Of a stretch of 64,000 nucleotides of DNA, positions 40,528 through 55,480 are shown piece after piece (positions within the stretch are counted from its first letter, which is position 1; every line of letters starts with the position of its first letter). This stretch comes from the human T2T-CHM13v2.0 reference genome, Homo sapiens: NCBI RefSeq assembly GCF_009914755.1, contig NC_060931.1; one strand, written 5' to 3'. The notes under the pieces are model-generated. The model had not been told where the DNA came from. It did not search any database and saw only the letters and a program-made list of their open reading frames with translations. A program made the translations under genes and the position numbers.

Positions 40528-41904
40528 GGCATATGTAAGTAAGTTGTTGAACATTTGTGACTTGCTAATTTGTGGAGACATGGCCAGGAAATATATTGTA
40601 TAATTTGACTAAGCTGGAAGGAACTATTGAAATCTTGTGGAAAGTTATGCCAGGAAGAGGTAGAGATAAACCTCTGCCAACCTCTTAGCATATCAAGATT
40701 CTCATAGAAAAGCATGGGATTTCCCATACACTTTTTGCTTTCTTTTCCCTGGCCAGATTCAATTCTTTCTTCCCATATCTTCAAAGCAGAAAAAGTCAGA
40801 ATGATGAGTAAAGATTGCCTATGAACACACATACACACACAGAATCTGAAGAGTTTAGATTCTGCTTCTAAAAAGATTATTATTCTAATGGAAATATTTC
40901 TGATCCTGTTGCTTTAGGGATATCTCCACTTCAACAGTGATGTGAGAACTTTCCACAAAAAGGTCTAAGAGGGAAGTAAAGATACAGTTTGACAAGCCTC
41001 TCTGGGAAGCTTCAGTCTTTCTTGTAATATTGGATAATTGTGCAGTATGTATTAATCCACGGTTTGTTCACACAAGTCATTGTCAAATTTTAAGAAAAAT
41101 GGACAGGAGATCATTTGGAATAAAGCATAAAATATTATTTATAACATTAATAACCATCTCATATCATGTCTTTTTCAATTTTTGTTCCTTGTAGGTCAGT
41201 CTTAGAACAAGATGTTCTCTCTAGTTCATTGTTTTTCTAAATACACATTGTATTAATTGCCTGTGATTCTCTTCTAGAATTCACTCTTTGGTGTGTAATC
41301 AATAGAATATAATCAGTCCTGCACTTTGGTCAGTTCAGACTATACAAATGCTGTTCTGGAAAAAAGTACAGCCTGCTCCCGCTAATAGTGTTACCTAACA
41401 TATGTCCTGATTACAAACTTGGCTTCCTGGGGAGAAAGTGATCTATGCCAAAATGGAAAGTGTAATTTAGTCCTCTAAACCTCCAGGAGAGGTGGTTCTG
41501 TCTAATATGCCTCTTAGAAGGCAGTCATAATTTACTTAGCTTCTAGACACTATCACTCTTCACTTCTAGGCAGCAGAACAATATTTGACAAACAGACCCT
41601 CCTCAAACTTAGCAAAGAGCCTTTATTTGATATTTATTTGATACTCATTCCAAAAACAGCAATTGGTCTTAGCTGAAAGGCTAATGTTAAAACAGAAAAG
41701 TAACTAAATGTTTATGGAAATAAAAGGGCTTTGACTTCACAAATGAGAACGAAAAACTAAGTAGAGTACTATTAACAATTTCTTGACTGTGGTGAAATAA
41801 CATAGATATTCTTATAACAGAGTTTAAGGGTTGGACTTGAAAGTCAGGGCTTGCTTTGTCAATTTGCAGCCTAAACCAATAGAGAATAAATGTCAGAATA
41901 ACCC

Positions 41905-42070
41905 AATTTGGGTTCAAGTCCTATCTTTGTTCCCATGTGGCCTCAGACAAGATATTTAACCTCTCTGTGCCTCATTTTCCTCGTCTGTGAAATCTAGATC
42001 AAAATGGTACTGATTTCAAAGAGGTTGTAGGAATTAAATTTGCTAATATTCTTAACACACTTAGAACTGA
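41905..42070 (+). mobile_element. MIR SINE
   Basis: tgggttcaagtcc...tttaacctctctgtgcctcattttcctcgtctgtgaaat core. Confidence 0.8.
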
Positions 42071-42344
42071 CACAAACTATGTTTTATATTAGTATGTGTA
42101 AAATAAAATATCCTTGGATAATTAATCTAATTTGGAATTCTAAGTTTTTTCATTAATAAATATAAATTAAAATTGTATTTACTTTATTAGATTATTAATG
42201 AATTAATATTTTACATTACATAAATACTAGCTTCTATAATTATAACCTATTAACAAAAACAAAATTAAATATCCATTTAGCAGTAGTAAGAATACTTATT
42301 ACTGACATTTCCAATTTACTAATGGGCCAAAAGACAGTATTATT

Positions 42345-42585
42345 ATTGTTAACAACTTGGAATTTAGATCAGACAGCCCAGATGTATATTTTCGTTCTGT
42401 TATTTACCAGCTTTGTGATAGCTGTAATAGTGTTAAGCCACACATTTACTCTCTGCCAGTCTTAGCTGCTGCTTCTGAAAAATGGGGCTAATAATTCCTA
42501 TGTCTAAGGGTGGTTTTGAATACTAAATGAGATTATATCTGCAAAGTAGCTGGCACATAGTATGCATTCAATAATTGGTGGATAT
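42345..42585 (+). mobile_element. MIR SINE remnant
   Basis: ctgaaaaatggggctaataattcct...taaatgagattat...ctggcacatagtatgcattcaataa. Confidence 0.65.
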
Positions 42586-43227
42586 TAATAATTTCTTTAA
42601 TTTTTATTATGTTCCCAGGTTTGAAAGTCATAACACATTGTTTTCCAAGAAGCTATATTTGAGATTGTTGCCAGTAAGTATCCTGGAACAGTCCATGTGA
42701 GACTATTTCACTCAAAAATTAACTAAAATGAAAATAACATTCCAATGGAAAATATAGTGGTCTAAGTAGTTACTTAGGAATTCTGGACTATGGGTACCCT
42801 CACTGGAAAGATCCCTCTTTGTGCAGTAGCATCTGTGGTGAGTTCTGTGTCCACAAGGGAGCAGATGCCCCCGTGAACAAGTAGCTCAGTAGCGGTCCTC
42901 TCTCCTGTGGATCTGCACAAACTGCATTGCTATTTCTCTCCCTTTAAAACCTCAGTTACAGAGTCTTGAGTTGAATATAGCCCACAGTTCATCACACATT
43001 ATTATCATTGGTTTGTGCAAATCCACTCTCTTAGCCTAGCCCGCTATGTTTGTTGGGCTGGGGCAAGAGTATAAATGGAGACCTCAAGCTTCAGGTTCAT
43101 AACTTACTTCTCTCTGCTCCCTGAACCACAACCAGCCTCAAGCAAATGCATGTGAATACCTCAGGCTACAACTCTGTATTCCATCCTCCATCACTGACTT
43201 CCTTTTTGGGCCTGGGAGTGCCACACT

Positions 43228-43713
43228 GAGGAAGACTCTCCTTGATCAAACTTTAATCAAGCTTTCTAATCTCTCCTCTCAACTAGGCTTTTACCTTGGG
43301 CTTTAGTGTCTATCCTTGTTGGGCCTGCATTGCCGAGTTTTAGCAATAATCCTATCTAGTCAATGTACCTAGGATCACTCACCCTTGATATTTTATCCCC
43401 CTAGATATCTAATCAAATTCCTCATTCCCAGCATCCCCCAGGTAATATCTGATCACCTGGCCTGCCTTCAGCAGGAATACTGTCAAGGCAGTTTAACCAG
43501 AACCTGCCACTTACCCTGATATTTCCTTAGTAATTTTCCATCCACTGGCCTCCCATGTAGCTCCTTGGCTACAAAACTCCACTTGTCCATGTCATATTCA
43601 GAATTGAGCCCAGCTCTATACTAAGGTCTCTTTTCTCCTATTGCAATAATTCCTTAATAAAATCTATTTTTACTGCTTTAACCATTTTCCAGGTCTGGGT
43701 TTTCTTTAATAAC
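43228..43713 (+). mobile_element. MER31-family solo LTR
   Basis: aagactctccttgatcaaactttaatcaagct start; ttaataaaatctatttttactgctttaacc...tttctttaataaca end. Confidence 0.75.
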
Positions 43714-44110
43714 ATCGTGGATTACTAGACTCAAGAAACAGAAATGCACAAGCCCTAGAAGTGTGCTTGAGTTTCAGGTACTGAGAAGAGGGGCAGAGCA
43801 TGCTGCCCAATTCCTGGGGTCTTATGGCAGGTATTCCACTTTTAATTTCCTCTCTCTCCTTAAGCTATCATTTATTTATGTTAAATTTGTATATTTTGAA
43901 GTTTAACGAATATATTTGTGAACATGAGTGTTTCGGCTTTATAGGCATACATTGTTAATGTATAAAATGATAATAGTTTGGATATTTCAATCATTTCATT
44001 ATTAAGTAAAAATATACTGTTCTTTTCCACTTACTTTTCATAGATTAGTTCTTTGTGAACCAATAAACCACAGTGTAAATATTCTATAATAATTTTGATT
44101 GGAATTACAC

Positions 44111-44288
44111 TCAATTTATCTTCTGATTTGGAAAACTTAAAATCTTTTATTATAATATTAATAATAGCTTGTTCCATCCTAGCATATGATATCTCTACAT
44201 CAATTTATCATCTGATTTGGAAAAACAAAATCTTTTATTATAATATTAATATTAGCTTGTTCCATCCTAGCACAGGATATCTCTACAT
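44111..44288. repeat. Tandem duplication, 2 x 89 bp, within an old L1 remnant
   Basis: tcaatttatc...gatatctctaca starts at 44111 and again at 44200, with a few substitutions. Confidence 0.9.
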
Positions 44289-44390
44289 TTGTTCAGATCA
44301 TATTCCAGTTAAAGTTCTAATGTTTACTCCATAGAAACTGTATGCATTCTTGGCTAAATCCAAGATGTTTTATAATTTTTGTTATTTTTG

Positions 44391-44761
44391 CGTTTTAGTC
44401 CATTCTCACATTGCTATAAAGATGCTACCGGAGACTGGGTAATTTATAAAGGAGAGAGGTTTAATTGGCTCACAGTTCCACATGGCTGGGAGGCCTCAGG
44501 AAATTTACAATAATTGTGGAAGGTGAAGAGGAAGCAAGGCACATCTTACATGGTGACAGGAGAGAGAGAGAGGGAGAGGGGGGAAATGCCAAATACTTTT
44601 AAAACCATCAGCTCTCATGATAACTCCCTCACTATCATGAGAACAGCATGAGGGAAACCACCCCCCATGATCCAGTCACCTCCCACCAGGTCCCTTCCTT
44701 GACATGTGGGGATTACAATTGAGATGAGATTTGGGTGGGGACACTGAGCCAAACCATATTA
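44391..44761 (-). mobile_element. THE1D/MSTA MaLR solo LTR
   Basis: ttagtccattctcacattgctataaag...ggtttaattggctcacagttcc...gagatttgggtggggacactgagccaaaccat. Confidence 0.9.
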
Positions 44762-44779
44762 TGGTGTGATTAGAATTTA

Positions 44780-46010
44780 TTTTTAATTTGGTATATAATT
44801 TTATTTGCTAATTCTGTTTTAAATAAATGCTATAGATTTTTAGGCTAATTTTGTATTTATATTAATAGATTTTGTTGACTAATTTTCCCCATTAGAAGAT
44901 AAACATATAATCTATCAATAATGATGCATTTATCACTTCTTTTCCAATCCTTTTAATTATTGCCTACTTATCTTTCTTTTAATATTGAACAGGTCTCTCA
45001 GTACTATGTTAAACAGTAACGTTGATAATGGGCATCCCTGTTTTGTTCCTGAATCTAAAAGGAATGTAACAAAATTTTGTCCATATATTTGCTTTATATA
45101 TTTGATTTATAACCTTTGCCGCTTTACAGGTTTTTTTTCTACTTAGAATTGGCTTAAAAATTAAGTAAAAAAATTATCGTTAATCTCTATCAAAAGTTTT
45201 TTTTTCCAGTTAGGATAATAGCTAGGTTTAATTCTATGTAGTCACTGGTAAATTGCATTTATCAATTCTTTTTTAAAAAATTTTATTGGGATATAATTCA
45301 TGTACTATACAATTTACTTGTTTAAATTGTACAGTTCAATGGCTTTTAATATGTTCGCAGAGTTATAGATTCTTTTGTTATTTAACTATACTAGCTTTCT
45401 GGGATAAATCCTTACTTAATCAAGTTATTATCTGTCATTTTTAATGTATATTTTATTCAACTATTAAGTATTTATCAATTGATATGTAATGCAAAACTCA
45501 AAATTGTCATAAATTAAACTCACTTCTGCATCTGTCTTCCATATTGTGAAACAACATTCTTAGAATCCCAGAAGCCCTTATTCTCTTCCTGTTATTTCCC
45601 TTTCCCTGAGAGAAACCACTATGTTGACTAGAGATTACTTTTGCCTATTATTTCTTTATATAAATGGAATCATAAAGTGTTTATTTTTGTTCCTCACTTT
45701 TTTTTCAACCCTTATATTTTGAGATGGATCCATTTGTATGCAGTTAAAGTTTACTAATTCTCATTCCTGCCTGAAATTCCATTTGCATAAATGTACTATA
45801 ATTTAATTACTCATTCAGCAGTAGAAAGAAATTTGGGATGTTTCCAACTTTTGACGATTAATAGTGCTGCTGTGAACATACTTGTCAGTGTATTTTTAAA
45901 AATGCAAGTATGCCTTTCTGTAGGGGCTGTGCTAGGAGTAGTATTGATGAGTTATAAGATATATCATGCTCAGCCTTTGCAGATTTTGCCAAACAGTTTT
46001 ACAATATTTG
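44780..46010 (-). mobile_element. Patchwork of old L1M (ME/MB) antisense fragments
   Basis: atgggcatccctgttttgttcctga; ttttattgggatataattcatgtac; atttgggatgtttccaacttttg...gctgctgtgaacat. Confidence 0.65.
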
Positions 46011-46024
46011 CTTCTGTTGGCTAT

Positions 46025-46129
46025 TTTTTTTTTTTTTGAGACAGACTCTTGCTCTGTTGCCCAGGCTAGAGTGCAGTGGCATGATCTTGGCTCACTGCAA
46101 CCTCCACCTCTCAGGTTCAAGTGATTCTC
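46025..46129 (-). mobile_element. Truncated Alu (3' end of right arm only)
   Basis: Poly-T then gagacagactcttgctctg...ggttcaagtgattctc, followed by an abrupt switch to L1. Confidence 0.9.
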
Positions 46130-46382
46130 ACTTATAATTGGGAGGCAAATGATGAGAACACATGGACACATAGAGGGGAACAACAAACACTAGGGCATTT
46201 CAGAGGGTGGAGGGTGGGAGGAGGGAGAGGATCAGAAAAAAATAACTAATGGGTATTGGGCTTAATACCTGATGATGAAATAGTCTGTATGACAAACCCC
46301 CATGACACAAATTTAGCTATGTAACAAAACTGTACTTGTACCCCTGAACTTAAAATAAAAGTTAAAAAAATTAAAAAAAGAA
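46125..46382 (+). mobile_element. 3' end of an older primate L1 (L1PA13-15-like)
   Basis: ttctcacttataa...gagaacacatggacac...acaaacccccatgacac...cccctgaacttaaaataaaag. Confidence 0.85.
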
Positions 46383-46745
46383 ATAGAAGCTATGTCTAGT
46401 GATGAGAGTGAAGGAGGAGTAGAGAAGAGCAGAGATTTAAAAAAATATTAATGGAATTCAGATCTCTCCTTCTAGTTATTTCTGGGGTCCAGCCACATCC
46501 TTGTCTTGTATCTTATTACGCATATAACAAATTCCCTTTTTAGCTTAAACTAAAAAATAAAAAATCTTCTTATAGGCTAATACTTGATCTATTTTTGTGA
46601 GTCTTTTATATTTGCTTCAAAATGCATATTATCTGTCTTATGAATGTGTTGTTACAGTATTATATATAGTTACTGTATTCTTCACTTATTCTTTTGCTAC
46701 TTGTACTATCAGCTCCCAGGAATAATGTATTAAAATAGCCAACTA

Positions 46746-47396
46746 GGAGAAATAGGAACACTTTTACACCATTGGTGGGAGTGTAAATTAGTTCAACTAT
46801 TGTGGAAGACAGTGTGGTGATTCCTCAAGGATCTAGAATCAGGAATACCATTGGACCCAGCAATCTCAGTACTGGGTATATACCCAAAGGATTATAAATC
46901 ATTCTACCATAAAGACACATGCATACATATGTTTATTGCAGCACTAATTACAATAGCAAAGACTTGGAACCAACCCAAATGCCCATCAATGTTAGACTGG
47001 ATAAAGAAAATGTAGCACATATACATCATGGAATACTGTGCAGCCATGAAAAATAATGAGTTCATGTCCTTTGCAGGGACATGGATGAAGCTGGAAAACA
47101 CCATTCTCAGTAAACTAACACAGGAACAGAAAACCAAACACCACATGTTCTCACTCATAAATGGGAGTTGAACAATAAGAACACATGGACACAGGGAGGA
47201 GAACATCACACACCGGAGCCTGTTGGGAGGTGAGGTGCGAGGGGAGGGAGAGAATTAGGACAAATACCTAATGCACGTGGGGCTTAAAGCGTAGGTGATG
47301 GGTTGATGGGTGCAGCAAACCACCAGCGCACATGTATACCTATGTAACAAACCTGCATGTTCTGCACCTGTTTTGCAGAACTTAAAATAAATTTTA
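46746..47396 (+). mobile_element. 5'-truncated L1PA7/8-like element
   Basis: ORF2 end and 3' UTR ggacaaatacctaatgcacgtggggcttaaa; imperfect TSD aaaatagccaacta / aaaatagccagtta. Confidence 0.9.
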
Positions 47397-47844
47397 AAAA
47401 TAGCCAGTTAAAGTTATTGATTCATTTAGTTTTTCCTAAATGAATCATCCAGTTATTGCTTAGATTTTGTGATATTCAATACATATGCATTTAAAGTGGA
47501 TGTACTTTGTCTTTCTATTATGACTCTCCTCTGATTTTAATACCATTTTTTGCCCCTTTACATTTGCAAACTTATTACGCAAACCTTCAAAAATACATAG
47601 AAATAGGGAGAAAATAAGTTCCCTGCGTCCATCAGCTAGCTTCAGCAACTATTATTTCAAAAGTATATATTCTACTCTTTCTTTTTTTTTATTCTAAAAA
47701 TTATTTCAACCTTTAATGTTTGGCTTAACAGATAAAAATGTCTTTAAATATAATCACTAAGCAGCTTATATTTCTTCACCTAGAACATATTTTGTCAGAT
47801 ATTAACTATTTTTTGCTCATTTTTGCTCTGCATTTTTTCCTTTA

Positions 47845-48155
47845 AATAATACTTTATTATTTAAAGCCATTTTAGGTTTGCAGCAAAATTTAGTAGGAAG
47901 TACGAAGATTTTCTACTATCCCCACACATGCATAGCCTTCTCCCACTATCAAGGTTCTCTACCACCATGGTACATTTATTACAATCAATAAGCCTACATT
48001 GACACATCATTATTACCCAAAGTCCATAGTTTACATTAGGGTTTACTCTTGGTGTTGTCTATTCTATGGGTTGGGACAAATGTATAATGGCATGGAGCCA
48101 CTCTTACAGTATCATAAGAATAATTTCACTGGCCTAAAAATCCTCTGTGCTCTGC
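47845..48155 (-). mobile_element. L1MC 3' end fragment
   Basis: ttttaggtttgcagcaaaat...tgacacatcattattacccaaagtccatagtttacattaggg. Confidence 0.75.
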
Positions 48156-51100
48156 TTCAATTTCATTTAGTTCTGTTCTGATCTTAGTTATTTGCTTTCT
48201 TTTGCTGGGTTTGGGTTTGGCTTGTTCTTGTTGCTCTACTTCCTTGAGGTTTGACCTTAGATAGTCTGTGCTGTTTCAGACTTTTTAATGTAGGCGTTTA
48301 GGGCTATGAAATTTCCTCTTAGCACCACCTTTGCTGTGTCCCAGAGGTTTTGATAGGTTGTGTCACTATTGTCGTTCAGTTTGATGAATTTTTTAAATTT
48401 CCATCTTGACTTCATTTTTGGTCCAATGATCATTCAGGAGCAGGTTATTTAATTTCCGTGTATTTGTGTAGTTTTGAAGGTTCCTTTTGGAGTTGATTTT
48501 CAGTTTTTTTCCACTGTGGTCTGAGTGCTTGATATATTTTCAATTTTCTTATATTTATTGAGGCTCATTTTGTGGCCTATCATATGGTCCTATCTTGGAG
48601 AAAGTTCCATGCTTTGTTGAATAGAATGTGTATTCTGTGGTTGCTAGATGGAATGTTCTGTATATATTTGTTAAGCCCATTTGTTCCCAGGTATAGTTTA
48701 AATTGATTGTTTCTTTGTTGACTTTCTGTCTTGATGACCTGTCTAGTGCTATAAGTGAAGTATTGAAGTCCCCCACTATTGTTGTGTTGCTGTCTATCTC
48801 ATTTCTTAGGTCTATTAGTAATTGTTATATAAATTTGGGAGCTCCAGTGTTAGGTGCATATATGTTTAGAATTGTGATACTTTCCTGTTGGACAAGGCCG
48901 TTTATCATTATATAATGTCCCTCTTTGTCTTTTTTAACTGCCATTGCTTTAAAGTTTGTTTTGTCTGATATAAGAATAGCTACTCCTGCTCACTTTTGGT
49001 GTCCATTTGCCTGAAAAGTCTTTTTCCACCCCTTTACCTTAAGTTTGTGCAAGTCCTTATGTTTTAGGTGAGTGTCTTGAAGGCAGCAGATGGTTGGTGA
49101 ATTCTTATCTATTCTGCTATTCTGTATGTTTTAAGTGTCGCATTTAGGCCATTTACATTCAATGTCAGTATTGAGATGTGAAGTACCATTTAATTTATTG
49201 TGCTATTCATTGCCTGTGTACCTTGGTTTTTTGTTTTTTAAATTGTTTTTTTTTCTAGGTCCTGGGAAATTTATGCTTTAAAAAGCTTCTGTTTTGATGT
49301 GTTTCCAGGATTTGTTTCAAGATGTAGAGCTCCTTTTAGCAGTTCTTGTAGTAGTGGCTTGGTAGTGGCAAATTCTCTGAGCATTTGTTTGTCTGAAAAA
49401 TACTGTATACTTCATATATGAAGCTTAGTTTCTCTAGATACAAAATTCTTGGCTAATTGTTTTGTTTGAGGATGCTAAAGATAGGGCTCCAATCCTTTCT
49501 AGCTTGTAGGGCTTCAACTGAGAAATCAGTTGTTTATCTAACAGGTTTTTTTTTTGTTTGTTTGTTTGTTTGTTTTTTTATAGGTTACCTGGTGCTTTTG
49601 TCTCACAGCTCTTAAGATTCTTTCCTTCATCTTAACTTTAGATAACCTGATGACAATGTGCCTAGATAATGATCTTTTTGCAATTAATTTCCCAGGTGTT
49701 CTTTGTGTTTCTTGTATTTGGATGTCTAGGTCTCCAGCAAGGCCAGGGAAGTTTTCCTTGATTATTTTCTCAAATATGTTTTCCTAACTTTTAGATTTCT
49801 CTTCTTCCTCAGGAACATCAATTATTCTTCGGTTTGATCGTTTAACATAATCCAAGACTTCTTGGAGGCTTCTTTCAATTTTCTTATTCTTTTTTCTTTG
49901 TCTTTGTTGGATTGGGTTAATTCAAAGACCTTGTCTTTGAGCTCTGAATTTCTTTCTTGTACTTATTCTATTGCTGAGACTTTCCAGAGAATTTTGCATT
50001 TCTATAAGTGTGTCCATTGTTTCCTGAAGTTTTTATTGTTTATTATTTATACTGTCTATTTCCTTGAATATTTCTCCCTTCACTTATTGTATCATTTTTT
50101 TGGATTTCGTTACATTGAGCTTTGCCTTTTTCTGGTGCCTCCTTGATTAGCTTAAAAACTAACCTCCTGAATTCTTTTTTAGGTAAATCAGGGATTTTTT
50201 TCTTGGTTTGGGTCCATTCCTGGTGAACTAGTGTGATTTTTTGGAGGTGTTAAAGAACCTTATTATAGTACCAGAGTTGGTTTCTGGCTCCTTCTCACTT
50301 GGGTAGGCTCTGTCAGAGGAGAGGTCTAGAGCTGAAGGCTGTTGTTCACATTCTTTCGTCCCACAGGGTGTCCCCTTGATGTAGTATTCTCCCCCTTTTC
50401 CTATGGATGTGGCTTCCTGAGAACTGAGCTGCAGAAATTCTCTCTTCTGGATCTAGCCACCCAGCAAGTCTACCAGGCTCTGTGCTGATACTGGGGATTG
50501 TCTGCATAGAGTTCTGTGATGTGATCTGTCTGTGGGTCTCTCTACCATGGATACCAGCAACTGTTCTGGTGGAGGTGGCAGGGGGGTGAAATGGACTCCA
50601 TGAGGGTTCTTAACTTTGGTGGTTTAATGCACTATTTTTGTGCTGATTGTCCCCCTGCCAGGAGCTGCAGCTTTCTCAAAAGCATCAGCTGTGGTAGGAT
50701 GGAGAGGAACCAGTGGTGGGCAGAGCCCTAGAACTCCCAAGAGTATATGCCCTTTGTTTCCAGTTACCAGGGTGGGTAGGGAAGGACCATCAGGTGGGAG
50801 CAGGGCTAGGCATATCTGAGCTCAGATTCTCCTTGGGCAGGTCTTGCTGCAGCTGCTGTGGGATATGGGGGTGAAGTTCCCAGGTCAATGGAGTTATGTT
50901 CCTAGGAGGATTATGACTGTTTCTACTGTGTCATGCTGGTTGTCAGGAAAGTGGGGGAAAGCCAGCAGTCACAGGCCTCACCCAGCTCCCATGCAATCTG
51001 AAGGTCCGGTCTCACTCCCACCATGCCCCGCCCCCAACAGCACCCAGTCTGTTTCCAGTCAGTGGGCGAGCTGTGCTGAGAACTTGCCCCAGGCTACCCA

Positions 51101-51712
51101 CATCCCAGCTGCAAAACCAAATATGGCTTTCCTTCTTCCCCTGCCTGTGGAGTCTGTACACTGAATTCACTCCCTCCCCTGAGTTCTGGCCAGGAGGCTT
51201 CTTGATCAATTCAAACTGTTACAAAGCTCAGCTGGAGATTTCCTTCTCCCCGTGGCCTTTTTGCAGTGCCTCTGGCTGCCATCCCAAAGGACCCCTGTGA
51301 GGTCAGACAAAAACAGCTTACTAGGGAACCCAGGAAGCTCCCAGGGCTTTTTCTGCTGCTTCCTCTACCTCTGTATTTCACTCGGTTCTCTAAATTGACT
51401 CAGCTCCAAGTAAGGTCAAAATCTTCTCTCATAATCTAGGCCCTCAGTTTCCTCAGTGGAGGGGTGTGTTCGAGGATGGATGATCCCCCTTTCCCACTTC
51501 CACAGTTTGGGCACTCATGGTATTTGGGTTGTCTCCCAGGTCCTGCAGGAACAATCCACTTCCTTCAGGGGCTCTGTGAGTCCTCTCAGACTTGCTGATT
51601 TATATCTGCATTCATTCTGGAGCAAAAATTCATGATACAAGCCTCCACACACTGCTCTGCCCATCCCAGTTGGAGCTTCAATCTAGTCCTGCCTCCTGTC
51701 TGCCATGATCCC
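48156..51712 (-). mobile_element. L1PB (L1PBa-type 5' UTR) 5' portion: 5' UTR, ORF1 and ORF2 EN; 3' part missing
   Basis: Minus strand starts gggatcatggcagacaggaggcaggactagattg; EN remnant MGDFNTSLIALDRSSRQKVNKET (ORF 48555-48776). Confidence 0.85.
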
Positions 51713-52732
51713 TGTGGACTCTTTGCTCAGTATTTTTAATATATATTTGTCTTCATTATTTCTGTATCTTTTTGCTTTATATTTATTTCTTATTCATAAC
51801 TTGTTAGAATTTTTTAAGCCCATCTGAATTCTTTGTCTTTTAATTCATAAATTTAATGTTTTTTTTTTCCATTTGTTCTACATATCATATTAGGTCACAT
51901 TTCCATTCCGTTGTTTCATATTTGATACATATGATCCACACTCATTCCTTTCTTTTGTTCTCCTGCTTTTTCCTGGATAAAAATAGTTCTCTTCCATTAG
52001 TTTAAATGACATTATTATTATTTTATTTCTATAGTGGTTGTCCTTAAGACATACATGTATTCACTGTTATGATTTCTTACACTTATTAGTATCTATGTTT
52101 CCTCACTTGTAAAATAAGAATTGAACACTTTTATTTTCCTTTGGTTCCTATCACCCTTCACACCATCCTGTTGACATTGTCTTTAGCATTTCTTTAGGGT
52201 TAAATCAGAACTTTATCTAATTTGCCATCTTGGCAAGAGATGCCACAAAATACTTCTCTATGTTATTCACTCCCTTGGTTAGAGTAAATGGAAAATAGAG
52301 AAGAATTGTCTAGGCAGTGTGATTTTCCTTCTTAGATTGCATAGATATACATCTATATCATATAAATCTCAGTTAACTCTCTACATACAGAAATATATTA
52401 ATTTTTATATTTTTGTTAAATTATTTGTATACTTATATAAAATGATGCTGTATGAATATTAAATAACCAAAAGAGATGATTTTTGTTTGTTATTTGTTGT
52501 TTGTTGTTTTTATGTAATCACAAAGCAAAGAGCTCCAAGTTTTATTAATGACTAGAAATGTTTGTTTCTGAGGAGCTGGTCCAAAAGAGCTGTTTTCTGT
52601 TTATCAAGTTACATGTATCATTTTGGTTTCAAATTCAAATCAAAATTCTCATATATCAGTGTTTTATTTTTTAAAATACATAATGCATTTTATTGTTACT
52701 CTTTAAGTCAATGACAGAAATTAACTTTATTA

Positions 52733-52811
52733 TTAAGTTGGTGTAAAAGTAATTGAGGTTGTTGCCATTACTTTTAATGGCAAAACCACAATTACATTTG
52801 CACCAACTTAA
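52733..52811. mobile_element. Complete MADE1 MITE (miR-548-type hairpin)
   Basis: ttaagttggtgtaaaagtaattgaggttgttgccatta-cttt-taatggcaaaaccacaattacatttgcaccaacttaa, with TA on both sides. Confidence 0.92.
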
Positions 52812-53104
52812 TATTTTGCTGTTAACAGATCAAATATGTAAATATATCCAATATGCCTAATTCAACTACATTTTTGAGACAATAGATACTGGTAGAAAAT
52901 GGATGAGAAACTGTTATAATTTTGGTTTGGTCTCATTTAGCACTGAGATTTAAAGTTCTAATAGAATTTTTTCAAGAAGACTGTATCTAAGACTTTGTGC
53001 TCTTTAATGTAAATAAAACAGAAAAATACTATGAAAAAAATAATTTAAAATATTTTTAACCAAAAGCTGTCAGAGAAATCTGTCACTATTTTACTGTGCC
53101 ATGA

Positions 53105-54684
<1,580 letters not shown>

Positions 54685-55149
54685 AAAACCGATGAACATT
54701 CAAAATGAAAATAGAGCTTAATCAATTTACCAACTGTATTTAAAAATAGGTACGGGGGTATGAATTTTAGAAAATGCTTTCATGTGGTGGAATTTTTTCT
54801 TACTAGTTTTTATAATAACAAATCATAATTTAAGGAAAACTTGTTGTTTTGTAAAAGTTTTAACTTTTTAGTTGATACAGATTGCAGTAGATATTAAGAA
54901 TAAAGATTTAGTCCTTAATAAATTTAGTTTCTGATAAATGGAAATTCATCAACTTTAAGCTCTTAAATACCTTAGAGACATCTCATTGGGATAGAGAGAA
55001 ATTAATGTTGACTTACATCAAGATATACACTAATTTTAGCACCAAGTTGACCATCCCTTTCTGTTTATGTTCACTGCATTCCCTACTACATTGCTTCTGT
55101 CATCTCTAGGCCAGAAACCACAAAGTAACCCCAACTTTCATTTTGTCTG

Positions 55150-55480
55150 AACACCAAACCCATGTATAAAACTGCCTACCAGATACACCTCAAAACATCT
55201 CAGACTCATAGAGTTCAATGCTGAAACCATGTTCTCCCAATCCCATCCTGTTTCCCCCACTGTACTTCCTCTTATTTTTAAATGGCACTAACATCCACCC
55301 AGTTGCACACCGGGAACATCAAGGAGTCATTTTTAATTCTATGCTTATTTTTCACATGTGAAAATGCTGAAATCTCACTATGCCACTTCTCTGCTTAAAA
55401 ATACCAAAATGTCTCCCCCTGCCTACAGGATTAAATTGCTACATAGTCTGAACAAGCAACTTTCTAATAATCAGACCCTT
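55150..55480 (+). mobile_element. L2 LINE remnant
   Basis: catctcagactcatag...taaatggcactaacatccacccagttgc...cttctctgcttaaaa. Confidence 0.6.
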
